64,000 bases of DNA from Octopus sinensis (taxonomy: Eukaryota): contig NC_042997.1 in assembly GCF_006345805.1 (NCBI RefSeq), forward strand, positions 73,346,001 through 73,410,000, written 5' to 3'. The position numbers and the translations under genes are program-made. The notes beneath the pieces were generated by a model, which saw nothing but the letters and a program-made list of their open reading frames with translations, was not told the DNA's origin and made no database searches. Below, in pieces: positions 48,344-60,100 of the stretch. Every line of letters starts with the position of its first letter. Positions within the stretch are counted from its first letter, which is position 1.

Positions 48344-49620
48344 TTTATGTATATATATATATATATATATAATGCAAGTCTAAGCCATATTTTGTTTCCT
48401 TTTTCTTCTTCCCTTTGTTTATATTGTATGCTCTTGTTTTCACTCTGCGTGTTTCGTCTGTGTGTCTGTTTTTAGGTTTCTGGGATTCTGAGCTACCTTG
48501 TATCTGTTTGTCTATATTTCTGTGCATTTGTATGTCCGTGTGTTTGAGTGACTGTGGGTCTGAATCTTTCAGTACTTGTAAATCCTTTACTAGTGATCCT
48601 ACTGGGGAATTATCCCCGTTTCTCGTCGTAGGTTGGGTTACCTCTTTCATTGCTTTGTAGTTATTCAGTTCCACTATCGTTGGTGACTTTCTTCTCTCTC
48701 TTTTTCTTGCTTTCACCTCCGCAAAATTCCCGTCTAGTTTTGTTATCTGTTTCTGCTGTTTCTCCACCATTATATTCTCCTGAATACTCTCCTCTACAAT
48801 TTCCACTGCTGCTCTAGGGCATTTCTTTCTCAAGTGCCCTCTTTCACCACATTTGTAACACTTTGAGGGGTCTCCCCTCCAACATTATCTCCAGTTTTTC
48901 TTTATTTGGTAGCTCTAAAGTTTCAGGTATTTCGTTGTAACATTTCGGGCTCACTGCACAAATTTTCTCTAATCCGTAGTCCCAGTACTTCACTTGTTGG
49001 GCTCGGCTTATCATGCCCATCTTCACGTCTTCGTTTTCCTTCCTTATCTCCGAATAATATATCGCCGCTTTTATCCACTCTGGGTCCATGGGGAGATTCT
49101 TCTCACCCCAATTCTTATAATTCGTTTATCCAAACAGTTTGTCATCAATGTCCATTTCCCTCCGTGTATCATCCTGTTGGAGGAGTTTTCCGCCTCCTCT
49201 TCTGATGGTTACCACTATAGACACATATCTATTTCCTCTCATAAAGAACGCTATGCCGTCTCCTATCAGTCTTTCCAAAATTTCTTCTATTTCTTCCTGC
49301 GGCGCTTTTTCACTTCTGTTTTTATTTGAAAATGTTCTGAATATTACCGTCTTCTTTTCCATTTTCGCTTTTTCCTCCTCTGGTAGGGTCAGTTTTATAT
49401 TTGACCCTTCTTTCTCAACCATACTACTATATTTTTCTATCATCTCACTTTTGCACTCTACCATCTCTAGTTTCAGCACATTTAGATCTAGGGGAACTCG
49501 ACCTCCAGTAGTTTCTGCATAAATTTTCATTTTTCTCAATTATTTACTACCGCCCAAGAATGGTGCCTTCGCACAAAAACTTCAGGTAGAGTTCTTCAAA
49601 AAACAACACAAAAAGTGGCT
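47965..49620 (-). mobile_element. ORF1-only Tx1-derived element Z2 (3' end not recognisable)
   Basis: ATG at 49530 (MKIYAETTG), RGNRYVSIVVT, knuckle CYKCGERGHLRKKC at 48819-48860, (CT)n(TA)n tract inside the linker. No APE or RT. Confidence 0.8.
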
Positions 49621-49624
49621 TGGT

Positions 49625-51322
49625 AGCTTGATTCTTTATTACAGGCACAAGGCCTAAATGCAGAAGGGACATACAAAGAGATGCGGGAACAAATATCACA
49701 TAAAGATGAATATATAATGAATAAAATACAATGCAAATGAGACGGCTATCTCGCTCCCGCTGCGAGATGAAACCGCAACTTCCCTTTTCGCTTTTGCCCA
49801 ACAATTACACACCTTTCAAACAAATGTTCATACAGGATTTACTTCTTATTTTTCCTTTTTTTTTACCTAAAGCCAACCTAATGTATATCACAAAATTTTT
49901 TTTAACCATTTTGAAAACCTGTTCATTCAACAATTTCAAAATTTGGTAGTTTTCCTTTTTTTTTTCCTTAACAGTTCAAATAAATATTTTCTCAGTTACA
50001 GTCTTTACAAAATATATATCGACTTACCTCTTCTGTCTCTCACAATGTATTTCACTTATTCAAACTTTTACGTTGGAGTGTCTTATCTCACTATAATTTT
50101 CCTTTTTCATTTTGTCTCTTTTTGTTCCTATTTTCCTGCTGTCTTGCATGTTCTTGCATTTTCGTCTCTAAGTCTGTGTGTTCGTGTATTTGTGTGTCTG
50201 TGTGTTCATTTGACTGCAACTCTACGTGTTTCGTCTGTATGTGTATGTTTTTAGGTTTCTGTAATTCTGGGTTGCTTTGTTTCTGGTCTGAATGATTCTG
50301 TACTTATAATTCCTTTGCTGGTACTTCCACTGGTAAATTTTCTCCGTTTCTCGTCGTGGTTTGGGTTTCTTCCTCCATTCCTTTAATCTCCTTCAAGTCC
50401 ACTGTCGTCGGTGACTTTATTCTCTGTCATTTCCTGGGTTGTACCTCCGCAAAATTCCCATTACATTCTATTTTTTGTTTCTGCTTTTTTTCCACCACTA
50501 TATCTTCCTGAGCATTCTATTCCACCATTTCCTCTGTTGCTCTAGGGCATTTCCTTCTCAGGTACCCTCTTTCACCACATCGGTAACATTTTGGGGCTAG
50601 TTTTTCACCGTTTGGTAATTCCAATGTTTCCGCCATTTCGTCGTAATATTTTCGGCTTACCGCACAGATTATTTTCATACCATAACCTCAACAATTCAAT
50701 TTTTGTGATCTACTTTCTATGCCAATCCTCAGGTCTTCATTCTTCCTCAGCTCTGAATTAAACGTTGCAGCTATTACCCATCCTGGGTCTATCGACCCTG
50801 ATTCTGACGATTCTTTTGCCCCAACAGTTCGGCATCAACGTCCATTTTACTCCCGTCAACATCATATTGCCTGATTTTTTCGCCTCCTCTTCTGAAAGAA
50901 AGGTTACTACTATAATTCCGTATCTTCTTCCTCTTGTAAAAAACGTTATCTTTTCTCCCGTGTTCACCACCAACATTTCCTCTATCTCTTCTGGCGGCGC
51001 GTGTTCGATTCTCCCAATTTTCATTTGAAAATGTTCTGAATGTTACCGTCTTGCTTTCCATTTTTCTTTTTTCCTCCTCTGGCAGGGTATTTTTATGTTT
51101 GACCCTACTTTCTTTTGATTCTCACAATATTTAATTATCTTCTTTTCATTCCACTCCATCTTCTCCAGCTTCAGCACACTTGGGTCTATAGCATCTCGAC
51201 CCCGGTAGCTTCCGCGTAACTCTTTATTTTTTTTTTATGTTTCCCAACCACCCAACAATGACGGCTTCGCAAAATCATTTGGCTAGACTCATTCCAAAAA
51301 ATAACAACAAAAGTGGCTGTCG
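49625..51322 (-). mobile_element. ORF1-only Tx1-derived element Z1, head-to-tail with Z2
   Basis: SYAEATG, RGRRYGIIVVTF, degenerate knuckle CYRCGERGYLRRKC at 50547-50588. 3' UTR with hairpins and AATAAA (49635-49640, minus). 5' end AGCCACTTTT shared with Z2. Confidence 0.83.
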
Positions 51323-52814
51323 TTGCCTATTCGCCTTTCAAAACATAGATTTCAAGTGAAATACATTCACTGGTTTCGAAAATAGAAATAAGACCCACCC
51401 CACCCCACCAAAAAGTCTAAACTAAGAGTATTAGTTTTTTTTTGTAAGAAAGCTAGCGAATGTGTACGGCAACAAAGACAAAAAACAGAGAACATGATAC
51501 ACAATTACAAATACAGCCAACAAAAAAATAACAACAGGTATCTTTGAACTGAGAACGAATCAAATTGAGCTGGCCTGTATGAAGTGAAATCCTAAAGGCA
51601 GAAACTCAGAAAATGGACATAAGAGGTGTTGGCGGTCGGCAGTCAGGCCAAGAAAGAAAGATCGTGGCTGGCCGAACACCGGTCACATGGAGAGAGGGCT
51701 AGGGGGAAGCAGGATTGAAGGATTAGAAAAAATCAAAGGGAAAAGTGCAGGGAAGATAAACGAGGGGGACAAGTGAGAGTTAGAGAATGAGAGGGCCAAA
51801 AAATGTGTGAGAGAGAGAGAGAGGGGGGAGCGAGAAAAAGAAAAGGGAAGAAAGTATGAGGGGGACTAAAAGATAGAGTAAGAGTTGTACAAAATTTAGA
51901 TACATACCTATATATAAACATACATAAATGTAAATGTTTTTCGCAAATAAATTGCGCATCATGCTTGAAGCTCCGATGAAGCTATAGTGTGATACACAAG
52001 CTCTCAACTGTGAGTGCGTTGCATCTTATAGCAGAAACAGCCGTAAGCTAATGAAGTTCATAACAGTTGTTTATTATCTTTGTCATCCCAGTTTCTAATT
52101 ACCGCTCTGTACTCGACTGATTCTTCGCATATGTCTATATTGGGAATCCTAAATGTTAAAATGTGTGTGTGTGAGAGAGAGAGTGGGGAGAGAAGCTTCA
52201 CACACTACTCAATATGCACCAGACCCTCTAGTTTATCATTTTCATAGAACTGTCTCCAGAAAATATTAAACTTACCCACATCAGTGTTTTTAATCTCAAA
52301 AGAGAACTAAAGAAAATGTTACCTTTTTTCTTTCTGTGTTTGGAGCCAACGTCTGTAGAGTAAGCTATGCGATGGAAGGTAATTTTGACTTTCATAATTT
52401 GCAAGCGTTTCCTTTTCTTCATCCGTATATATATGGGAGACGTCAGCTGGCTGGTAATCTCGGCCCTAAAAATAACACAGTCAGAACAGTAATTGATTGC
52501 ATACATTGCTACGCAACCACATAATTGTTAGGTAAGTGTATGGAAAATACATTTAACCGCAATAAATTTCAGGCACGTATTTTACCGATACGATAAACGA
52601 ATACTGTTGAATTTGAAACAGACCAATAAATAAATGAATGAAACTAAATACTGCAAATCTACCTTAAGTATATCGATTTTAACTGATGTAGTAACCGCCA
52701 ATACAAAATCACACTTTCATGAAAGGTGCATCGTATTTCGTATTCCATCATTAGTTTTGTATCAGTGTAATCCTCATTGTCGTTGTGAAATTCATAGTAT
52801 TGGTACTATATATA

Positions 52815-52847
<33 letters not shown>

Positions 52848-52848
<1 letters not shown>

Positions 52849-53340
52849 CTTTACATATATAAAACTGAGAATGTGTGTGTGTGTGTCTGTCTGTGTGTTT
52901 CCCTAAAACTTGAGAACTACACAACCAATTTCATTCAAATTTTACACATGCCTTGCTTAGGGTCCGGGGAGTGTCATCGGCAAACAAAATTTGAACTTTT
53001 TGCCTAGGGCGAGCCCACAGCAATATTATATCTTCTCCACTACGATTCCCTAAAACTCGAGAACTACACAACCAATTCCATTCAAATTTTACACATGCCG
53101 TACTTAGGGTCCATGTAGTTTCATGGGCAAAACAAATGTTCAACTTCTTGCCTAGAGCGAGCCCATAGCAATATCATATCTTCTCCACTATTTCAGTATT
53201 ACGTGATAAAAGTGAAACCAAAATATTTCTCTATTTTATGTCAGATACTTTCACTTTAACAATAAAAATAATAATAACAAATGAATTATATGTAGTAAGT
53301 AATAAAATCAAACTAAAGTATACTATAATCGTAATATAAC
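52848..53340 (+). mobile_element. Helitron-like repeat, 5' part with internal ~145 bp tandem duplication
   Basis: TC..TATATAAAACTGAGAATGTGTG 5' motif. CCCTAAAACT.GAGAACTACACAACCAATT unit at ~52901 and ~53048. Same family at 62872 and 63705. Confidence 0.7.
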
Positions 53341-53349
53341 AAAAGTAAA

Positions 53350-53530
53350 AATAGCAATTGGTATAAAATTGCATCAATTATTTGAACTTGAAAAAGTGGT
53401 TTCACATGAATGGGAATAAATTAAAAATAAAATTAGCGTGCAGAAATGGAATAGTCCAGATGGATAATAAAAAATTAAATTAAAGAAAATACTATTGTCT
53501 ATAAAGTATACAATGTAGAGAAAAAAGGTC
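53350..53530 (+). pseudogene. 5' half of an older ORF1, split by the Y array
   Basis: ELEKVV (53384-53401) and ENTIVYKVYNVEKK (53485-53526) match the N-terminal motifs ELEEVV and IIYKTYDTTKK of other ORF1s in the window. Confidence 0.5.
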
Positions 53531-55213
53531 GCGTTTTTTTGCGCTCTGTAAAATTCGGTTAAAAAAGAAAAACAACAAAAAGTGAATTGTGGTTGCGGAA
53601 TTGGAACGTCGGTTGGTGCGGTTTCGCGTCGCACTGGTTCTGTGCGTCGCACGTTTTCTGTTCGGGAGGCCGTTTTTCGGTCGGAGGCGACTATGAGCCG
53701 CCTCTACCAAACGGATGAGATGTAAGGGAGAAATTTCTCTGAAAATTCGTCGACATCTGAGGAGGAGTTGGCGGTGAAAAAAATGGAAAGCACCTATGCA
53801 GGTATAACGAAGAAGTCAACAGAAAAAGAGTTAGACCTGGCTAAGTTGACGGACTTCCAGGAGTTCATGAAGGAGGAGGAGAACGGAGAGGTTGAGCTGT
53901 TGCCTCTAGCAGGGCGCGGAGACTGGTTCCATCGTAGAACCATTAAATATAAAGTATTTATGAATGGAGGTAGAAAAATGGAAGTGATTAACATGGAAGC
54001 AATTGAAGAGGCTTTCAAACGGACAGGAGAAGAAATTGTGTACATGGCAAAAGGATTAGAATATGGAACCATAACGGTACAATTTAAAAGTGAGAAAGCA
54101 GCCAGGAATATAGCAGCCAAGGTGGTGAGTACACAAAAGTTTTACTTGTTCCCCTCGTATTTGAATAGAAGGCCCACCAGAATTAGGGTGGAAGGAATAC
54201 CTCCACACCTAGAGGGCGAATTAATAACGGCTGCGGTTATCAAAGGAAATGAAGATAAAGTGGACATCCTCCACGCCATTATGAAATATGAAGGCGTGAG
54301 TGGTGCCACACTAGTAATGAACATACAGACGGAGGCGGAAGTTATAGAAAAGCTTACGGACAGTATAAAAACTGGAATATTATTATGAGAGTGTGGGTGG
54401 AGGGTAGGGCGCCCAGGTGCTACAAGTGTGGCATGAGGGGTCACATAAGAGCCTACTGCCCTCCACCACTAAAGGAAAAAGAAAAGGAAATCGTCGCGGA
54501 AGCCCCAAAAGAGGAAGAAACCAAAGAGAACCAAAGGGAAAAAGAAACGACAGAAGAAGAGGAGATGCAACAAGAGTGGGAAGAAGAAGAAAAAAGAGAA
54601 AAAGAAAGAAAAAGAAAAACTGTGCGAAGCCCCAACCCACCCCAACACCACCCGCACCCTCTGAATCCCACCCTTCCCCTGCAGACAGTGAACCCACCCG
54701 CTCCCCTCCAACAAGAAAACAAAAGAAAAATAACAATACAGACAGACAAGAGTTTGAAAACGAACCCAGGCCGAACATTTATATTGTGACTGAACAGAAA
54801 GAGGTTGAAAGGGTAATGGAGGAGTATGAATGGTATGAAATGGATGGGACCAGATATGCAGTGCTGGAAAAGAAGAATATAGATGAGTTTGTGTTGAGGT
54901 GTGAAAGGGAGAATTGGGAGGTGAAAGATACAAGAATGAGCGATGAATTCGTGGAATATATGGAGGACAGTTTCGGAGTAAGAATGGATATGGATGGTCT
55001 TCGTATTGGGAATGAACATTCAGGTGACAGTGAAAACAAAAGGACAGGTAAGTGATGCTGGCGGAGGGGGCCGTTAGCATCGCTTTCATATTATCCTTTT
55101 TTCATTTTCATTTGCTCATAAATTTTATCATATTGTTCTATGTCCCCCATGTTTTGTTATGTCCGCCATTCTTCGTAGCCCCTGGTGGGTAATAAAGAAA
55201 TAACATGGAGGAA
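53531..55213 (+). mobile_element. ORF1-only Tx1-derived element Y1
   Basis: MESTYAGIT, GLEYGTITVQF, knuckle CYKCGMRGHIRAYC at 54418-54459, stop at 55055. No APE or RT. AATAAA at 55191, then AACATGGAGGAAA. Confidence 0.87.
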
Positions 55214-57140
55214 ATCTATCCACATGTGTTGAGTTATTTTGTATGCGAAAATTGGAAAAAAACTGTTAAAAATTGTCAAAAAGTTGAGTCGCGCGAGGCG
55301 TTTGCCGCTGCGTGTTTGAACCTTTTATAGAAGGTGTGTCGACCCTCAAGTCATGGAGACTTACGCGGGGGTCGCCACAACAAAAAGTGACGAGTCTCTT
55401 AGAATAAAAGAAGTGTTCTTTAGAAAAGAACAATTGAAGGAATACGAGAAGTTCGTCAAAAGGGAGGGTGACAGCGTGAAGCTGGTCCCGCCTGTGGAAA
55501 CAATAGAAGAGAAAAATAACAAGACGATAACGTATAGAACGCAAGATAGAAACACGAGAAAACTGGTGAGAGTGACGATTGAAGAAATAGAGAAATGTCT
55601 GGGGGACATCATGAAAAAAGCGACTTTTGTAGACAGAGGAAAGAAATATGGTACGGTGGAGGTGAGATGCGCAACAAAGGAAGTGGCCGCCTCATTGGCT
55701 TCCACTGTCCTGAAAGCGGAAAATTTCACCATGTGGCCGACGTATAAAGGAAGACGAGGGGTACGGGTAAGAGTCCCAAAGGTGCCCCCAGATATTAAAA
55801 CAGAAATGCTGGTAACAGCCATTATTGGGGCAGCAAAAGAGGAAGTAGAAATAGGGTCAATTAAGGAGACGAACGTTGTAAATTGGAAGGGATTCGGAGT
55901 AGAGTTGTGGCTGATGGCCACAATGGAAGACATCGAAAGATTTCCTTCCAAATAGAAATAGAAAACGAGAAAACAATTAGTGTAATAGTGGAAGGCAGAA
56001 AACCGAATTGCTACCTGTGCGGATCAAGAGGGCACATAAAAAAGGAATGTCCGATGTATGAATTCACAGCGGAGCAAAAAGAGACACAAAGTGGAGAGAA
56101 GGAAAACGAACACGAAGGAAAGAACAGCGAAAACAAGGAAAAGGAAATAACGGAGAAACAACAAGAGAAGGGAAGTAACAACGCACTGAAGGAAAATGAA
56201 AACAAAGGGAAGAAGATAGTAGAAAAGGAGCAAAATTCACAGGGTGCAGAAGTAGTGGAGAAGGAGCCAAGGCAGAAGCAAGAGAAAGAAAAGGAAAGTA
56301 CATTAAAGGAAAGAGAAAAAGCAGGAAAAGAACAAGAGAAGGAACAGAACCAAGAGAAAGGAAAAGATGGTATGCAAAAAGGAAAAGAAACAACAGGAAA
56401 GGAACTTAAGGCACAGGGTAGAGAGACGGCAGACAAAGAGCCAAAAAGACAAGAGAAGGAAAAAGAAAGAAGAGAAAGCAAAAAGAGAGAAAGAGAGAAA
56501 CCGAGGGAGGAGAAAGAAGAGGAAGTAAGTCCTAAGAGAAAAACTAGAGAAAACGTAGGTACGAATAGAAAATTCAAATACTATGGAACGTTGATCCATC
56601 ACAGGCACTGTGAGGAGATGGAAGATTTAATAAACGTAACAAACGGATATACGTGGGTCAGGATGGGCACCGAATGGAAAGAAACAGGTGCACTCGTCCA
56701 CGAGAACGACGCCGAGGCGTTCATCGAGGCAGCTGGCAAGAACGTGTCAAAACATATGAAATGCCGACTTACAAGGTGGCCTCGAACGATGGAAGTTACT
56801 CAGATTTGGTAGACATAATGGAGTATATATAAAAGAAAAGGTATTGTGAAAACTTTAATTTGGAAATGATAAAAAGAACTTTAAATTCTGAAAAAAAAAA
56901 AAAGAAATGTTGAACTTTGTAAAACTTTTGAAATGTATGTTGAAAATGTATAAAATGTTTTATTTGGAAAATATTGTTGACGAATAAAAAACAAATGACG
57001 AAATGTAACCGCTCGATTTCGGGGATCGAGTGGGCATTACACCACATTGTACAAACTTCATAATTCATTATTCATTTTCCCGATTGTATTGTCCCATCTA
57101 TGTAGCCCCTCGTGGGTAATAATAAAACAACATGGAGGAA
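55214..57140 (+). mobile_element. ORF1-only Tx1-derived element Y2
   Basis: ATG at 55353 (METYAGVAT), RGKKYGTVEVRC, knuckle CYLCGSRGHIKKEC at 56009-56050, long E/K linker, stop at 56812, one frameshift near 55950. AATAAA at 57121, then ACAACATGGAGGAAA. Confidence 0.88.
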
Positions 57141-60100
57141 ATCAATTTTTTGCGTTATTAGTAAGTTGATATATTTTTGCTCTCGTACTATTATCTCTGT
57201 TATTATATACTGTTGGTCTACCTGTTTTGTCTATTGTCGTCTAACTGACGAAGTAAGCCTTCGCGCGAAGACTTCGCGTTGGTGTTCCCCCCTCCGTGGG
57301 GGAAAACTACAATTAATTTGGATTTACCAAAGGCTTGTTAAAGCCATTTGTTCAAGATGGAGTCCCCCATCTCTTATTCGCCCGTGACGAGAGAGGATGA
57401 ATACCCGGCGTTGTCGCCAAGAAAAAAAGAGGCGTTGTCGCCAAGAAAAAAAGAGGCGTTGTCGCCGAAGAAAAAAGAGGCGGCGTCGCCCAAGAAAATG
57501 GAAAAACCAGTACCAGCATCAACTCCACCAAAAAAATTCGCTGAAGTGGCTGGGAAAAAGATCAAAAAAATAAATATAGAAAATTTTTTGAAAATTTGCA
57601 GACTGTGTAAAAAAAGAAGGCACAGAAGTGACTGTGGCCACAAACATACAAAAACATGACGATATAGAAAAAAAAAAGAATAATATATAAAACTTACGAC
57701 ACAACGAAAAAAATGATCCAAAAAATCGAAGAAAAAAAAATAGAGTTTTGTCTAAAACCTTTTATGGATAAAATAACGTATATAAACAGAGGAAAAAGAT
57801 ACGGCACAGTGGAGGTGCGTTTTACTACGGAGGAGATAGCGAAGAAACTATCGATGGAGCCGATCAAAGCGGAAAACATTGTCTTCCTTATAAAGGAAAA
57901 AGGACGTCGAAAATTTCAATGAACAACATACCGCCAGAGGCAGATGCTGAATGTCTGGTGGCAGCAGTGATGGTAGGTCTGGAGGAAAAAATAAACATCC
58001 TCCAGGCCACAGTGGAGGAAGAGGAGTTTTGGAAAGGGCAGAAAATAGTGATAGCCATTCAGGCGGAGGTGCAAACACTGGAAGAAATTCCAGAAACGGT
58101 AAAGATTAGTGAAGACGAGAAAATAACAGTTTTCGTGGAGGGCAGGAAGCCGAGGTGCTTCGGCTGCGGCAAGAAGGGTCATGTAAGGGCGGAATGCCAA
58201 CCCCAACCCAAACCGCAGGAAGCACCTAAGCCAAAAGAAAAAGAAGATAATGTGTCACCAGAAGCAGCGTCGGACGGCCCAGAAGGGAAGACTGAAGGTG
58301 TGGAGGTGACGGTGACAGCAGAACCAGCGGCGGAGGAAAAAAAGAGCGAGGAAAAGATAAATGAGGAGGGGTGGGCAAAAATGACCGGAAAAAAAAAGAA
58401 AAACGGAAACCACCCCACCCAGAGTAATTTTAAAAAAGAAAAAAGAGTCAATGAACTCGTATATGGCCGTAAAGGCAGCAAATAGCAGACTCGGAAACGT
58501 GTTGGCAGCCATGGCCAAAGTGGAGAAAGTAGTGAAAAAAAACGACTTTGTAATTTACAGAATAGGCCGGAAGGATTACGGGCGGATAAAGTCAGAATTC
58601 TTCCATGACGTAGGCCCACTTAGATTGGATGTGACATCTCCACATATATTCGAGGGCCTACGTCAGACTCCCCAACGAGGCCCAGAAAAAGAGTTAGAAG
58701 AACAAGAGAAAACCGAACCACTGATATAAGGTAAGTAATGGATTACATTTATGTTAGTTGTTTGAATGTGCGCGGCCTGGGAGCAGGCTGGAAGCAAGGT
58801 CGCTTCCTGCATGATATCAGGTCGCGTAATTTAGATGTTATTGTTGCTACAGAAACCCGGTTAGAGGGGCCAAGAGGTCTACTCCCGCTGTTTGACGGCT
58901 ACGAGAGTTTTTTCTCTCCTGGCAGTCCTACAGGCGGGAGTGGGGAGTTGGTCCTATTAAAAAGAAACCGGGTTTCTGAGAAAAAGTTAATTTTTGCAGA
59001 TCCAGAAGGTAGGCTGGTCGTCATGGATTTGACGTTCAGTAATGGTAAAGTTATCAGACTGGTTGCAATTTACGCACCCAACCATACAGGGCAAAGTGAT
59101 TATTTTCGTGAACTAGAAAACTTTCTTGGTACTTCGCATTCATTAGTGGTGCTAGGAGACTTTAACACAATTTGCAAAGCGGATGTAGATTGTGTTGGCT
59201 CGCGTCCAGATAGAAAAGGCAACAGTGGCTTCATGGAACTGCTAAGCCGCTTTGAGCTAGCAGATCCTTATAGGCTGGAATTTCCGAACGCTCCATTGTG
59301 GACATGGTCAAACAGCGACGGATCTTCCAGGTCATATTTAGATAGAATACTAATTAGAAAAGTAGACAGTAAAATAGCTAAGTGTCCACAGTTTTACCCG
59401 ATCAGCTACAGTGATCATAAAATGGTCACTTGTAAGCTTGACATAGATAAGGTTAAAAATAGAGGATCCGGTTACTGGAAACTTAATACGTCCCTTTTGG
59501 CGATTAAGGAGTACAAAGACCGGATTAGGAATATAATTCAGAGGGCACTATCTGGTACCATCATTAATAACAAATGGTGGTACGCCCTCAAACGAGCCAT
59601 CAAGTTTGAGTCTATTAGATATAGCATAGGAGTAGTGGCTAGAGAGGCTAGAAGGGAAACTACTCTAGTTAAGGAATTAGAGGAAGCCATGAAAACTGGC
59701 TCTGCGGCTCAGGTGGCGTCCAAGAGACTGGTGTTAAACCAGCACCTCGAGGCCAAACACATGGGCTGCATTGTCAGGGCTAGAATCCGCCATATGGGAT
59801 GTGAAGGAATCAACGCCGTGAGATGGGCCCGAGTGGTGGAAGCTCAGCATGGTAACGATGCCACGATTCGATCTTTGACGAACCAACAAGGTGAGTTGAT
59901 AAACGAACCCGAGGAGATGTGTGAGGCCTTTCAGGAGCACTTCGCTCAGCTTTTCGGTGAGTGCGGCGGACTGGATAGGAGGAGGGCCTTTACGGACCTA
60001 CTCGACGGGCTGCCGCGCTTATCGGGGCGAGATGCGGAGGGCTGTGAAGGGCCAATCACGCCTCAGGAGGTGGTTGAGGCAATGGCGGACTGCGGCGCGG

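Noticed and set aside
52330-52535. Possible host exon (short ORF and AG|GTAAGT at ~52530)
   Set aside because: No recognisable protein similarity and no supporting neighbouring exons.
54383-56608. Long minus-strand ORFs rich in F/S/L over Y1 and Y2
   Set aside because: Antisense shadows of purine-rich E/K-coding linkers.
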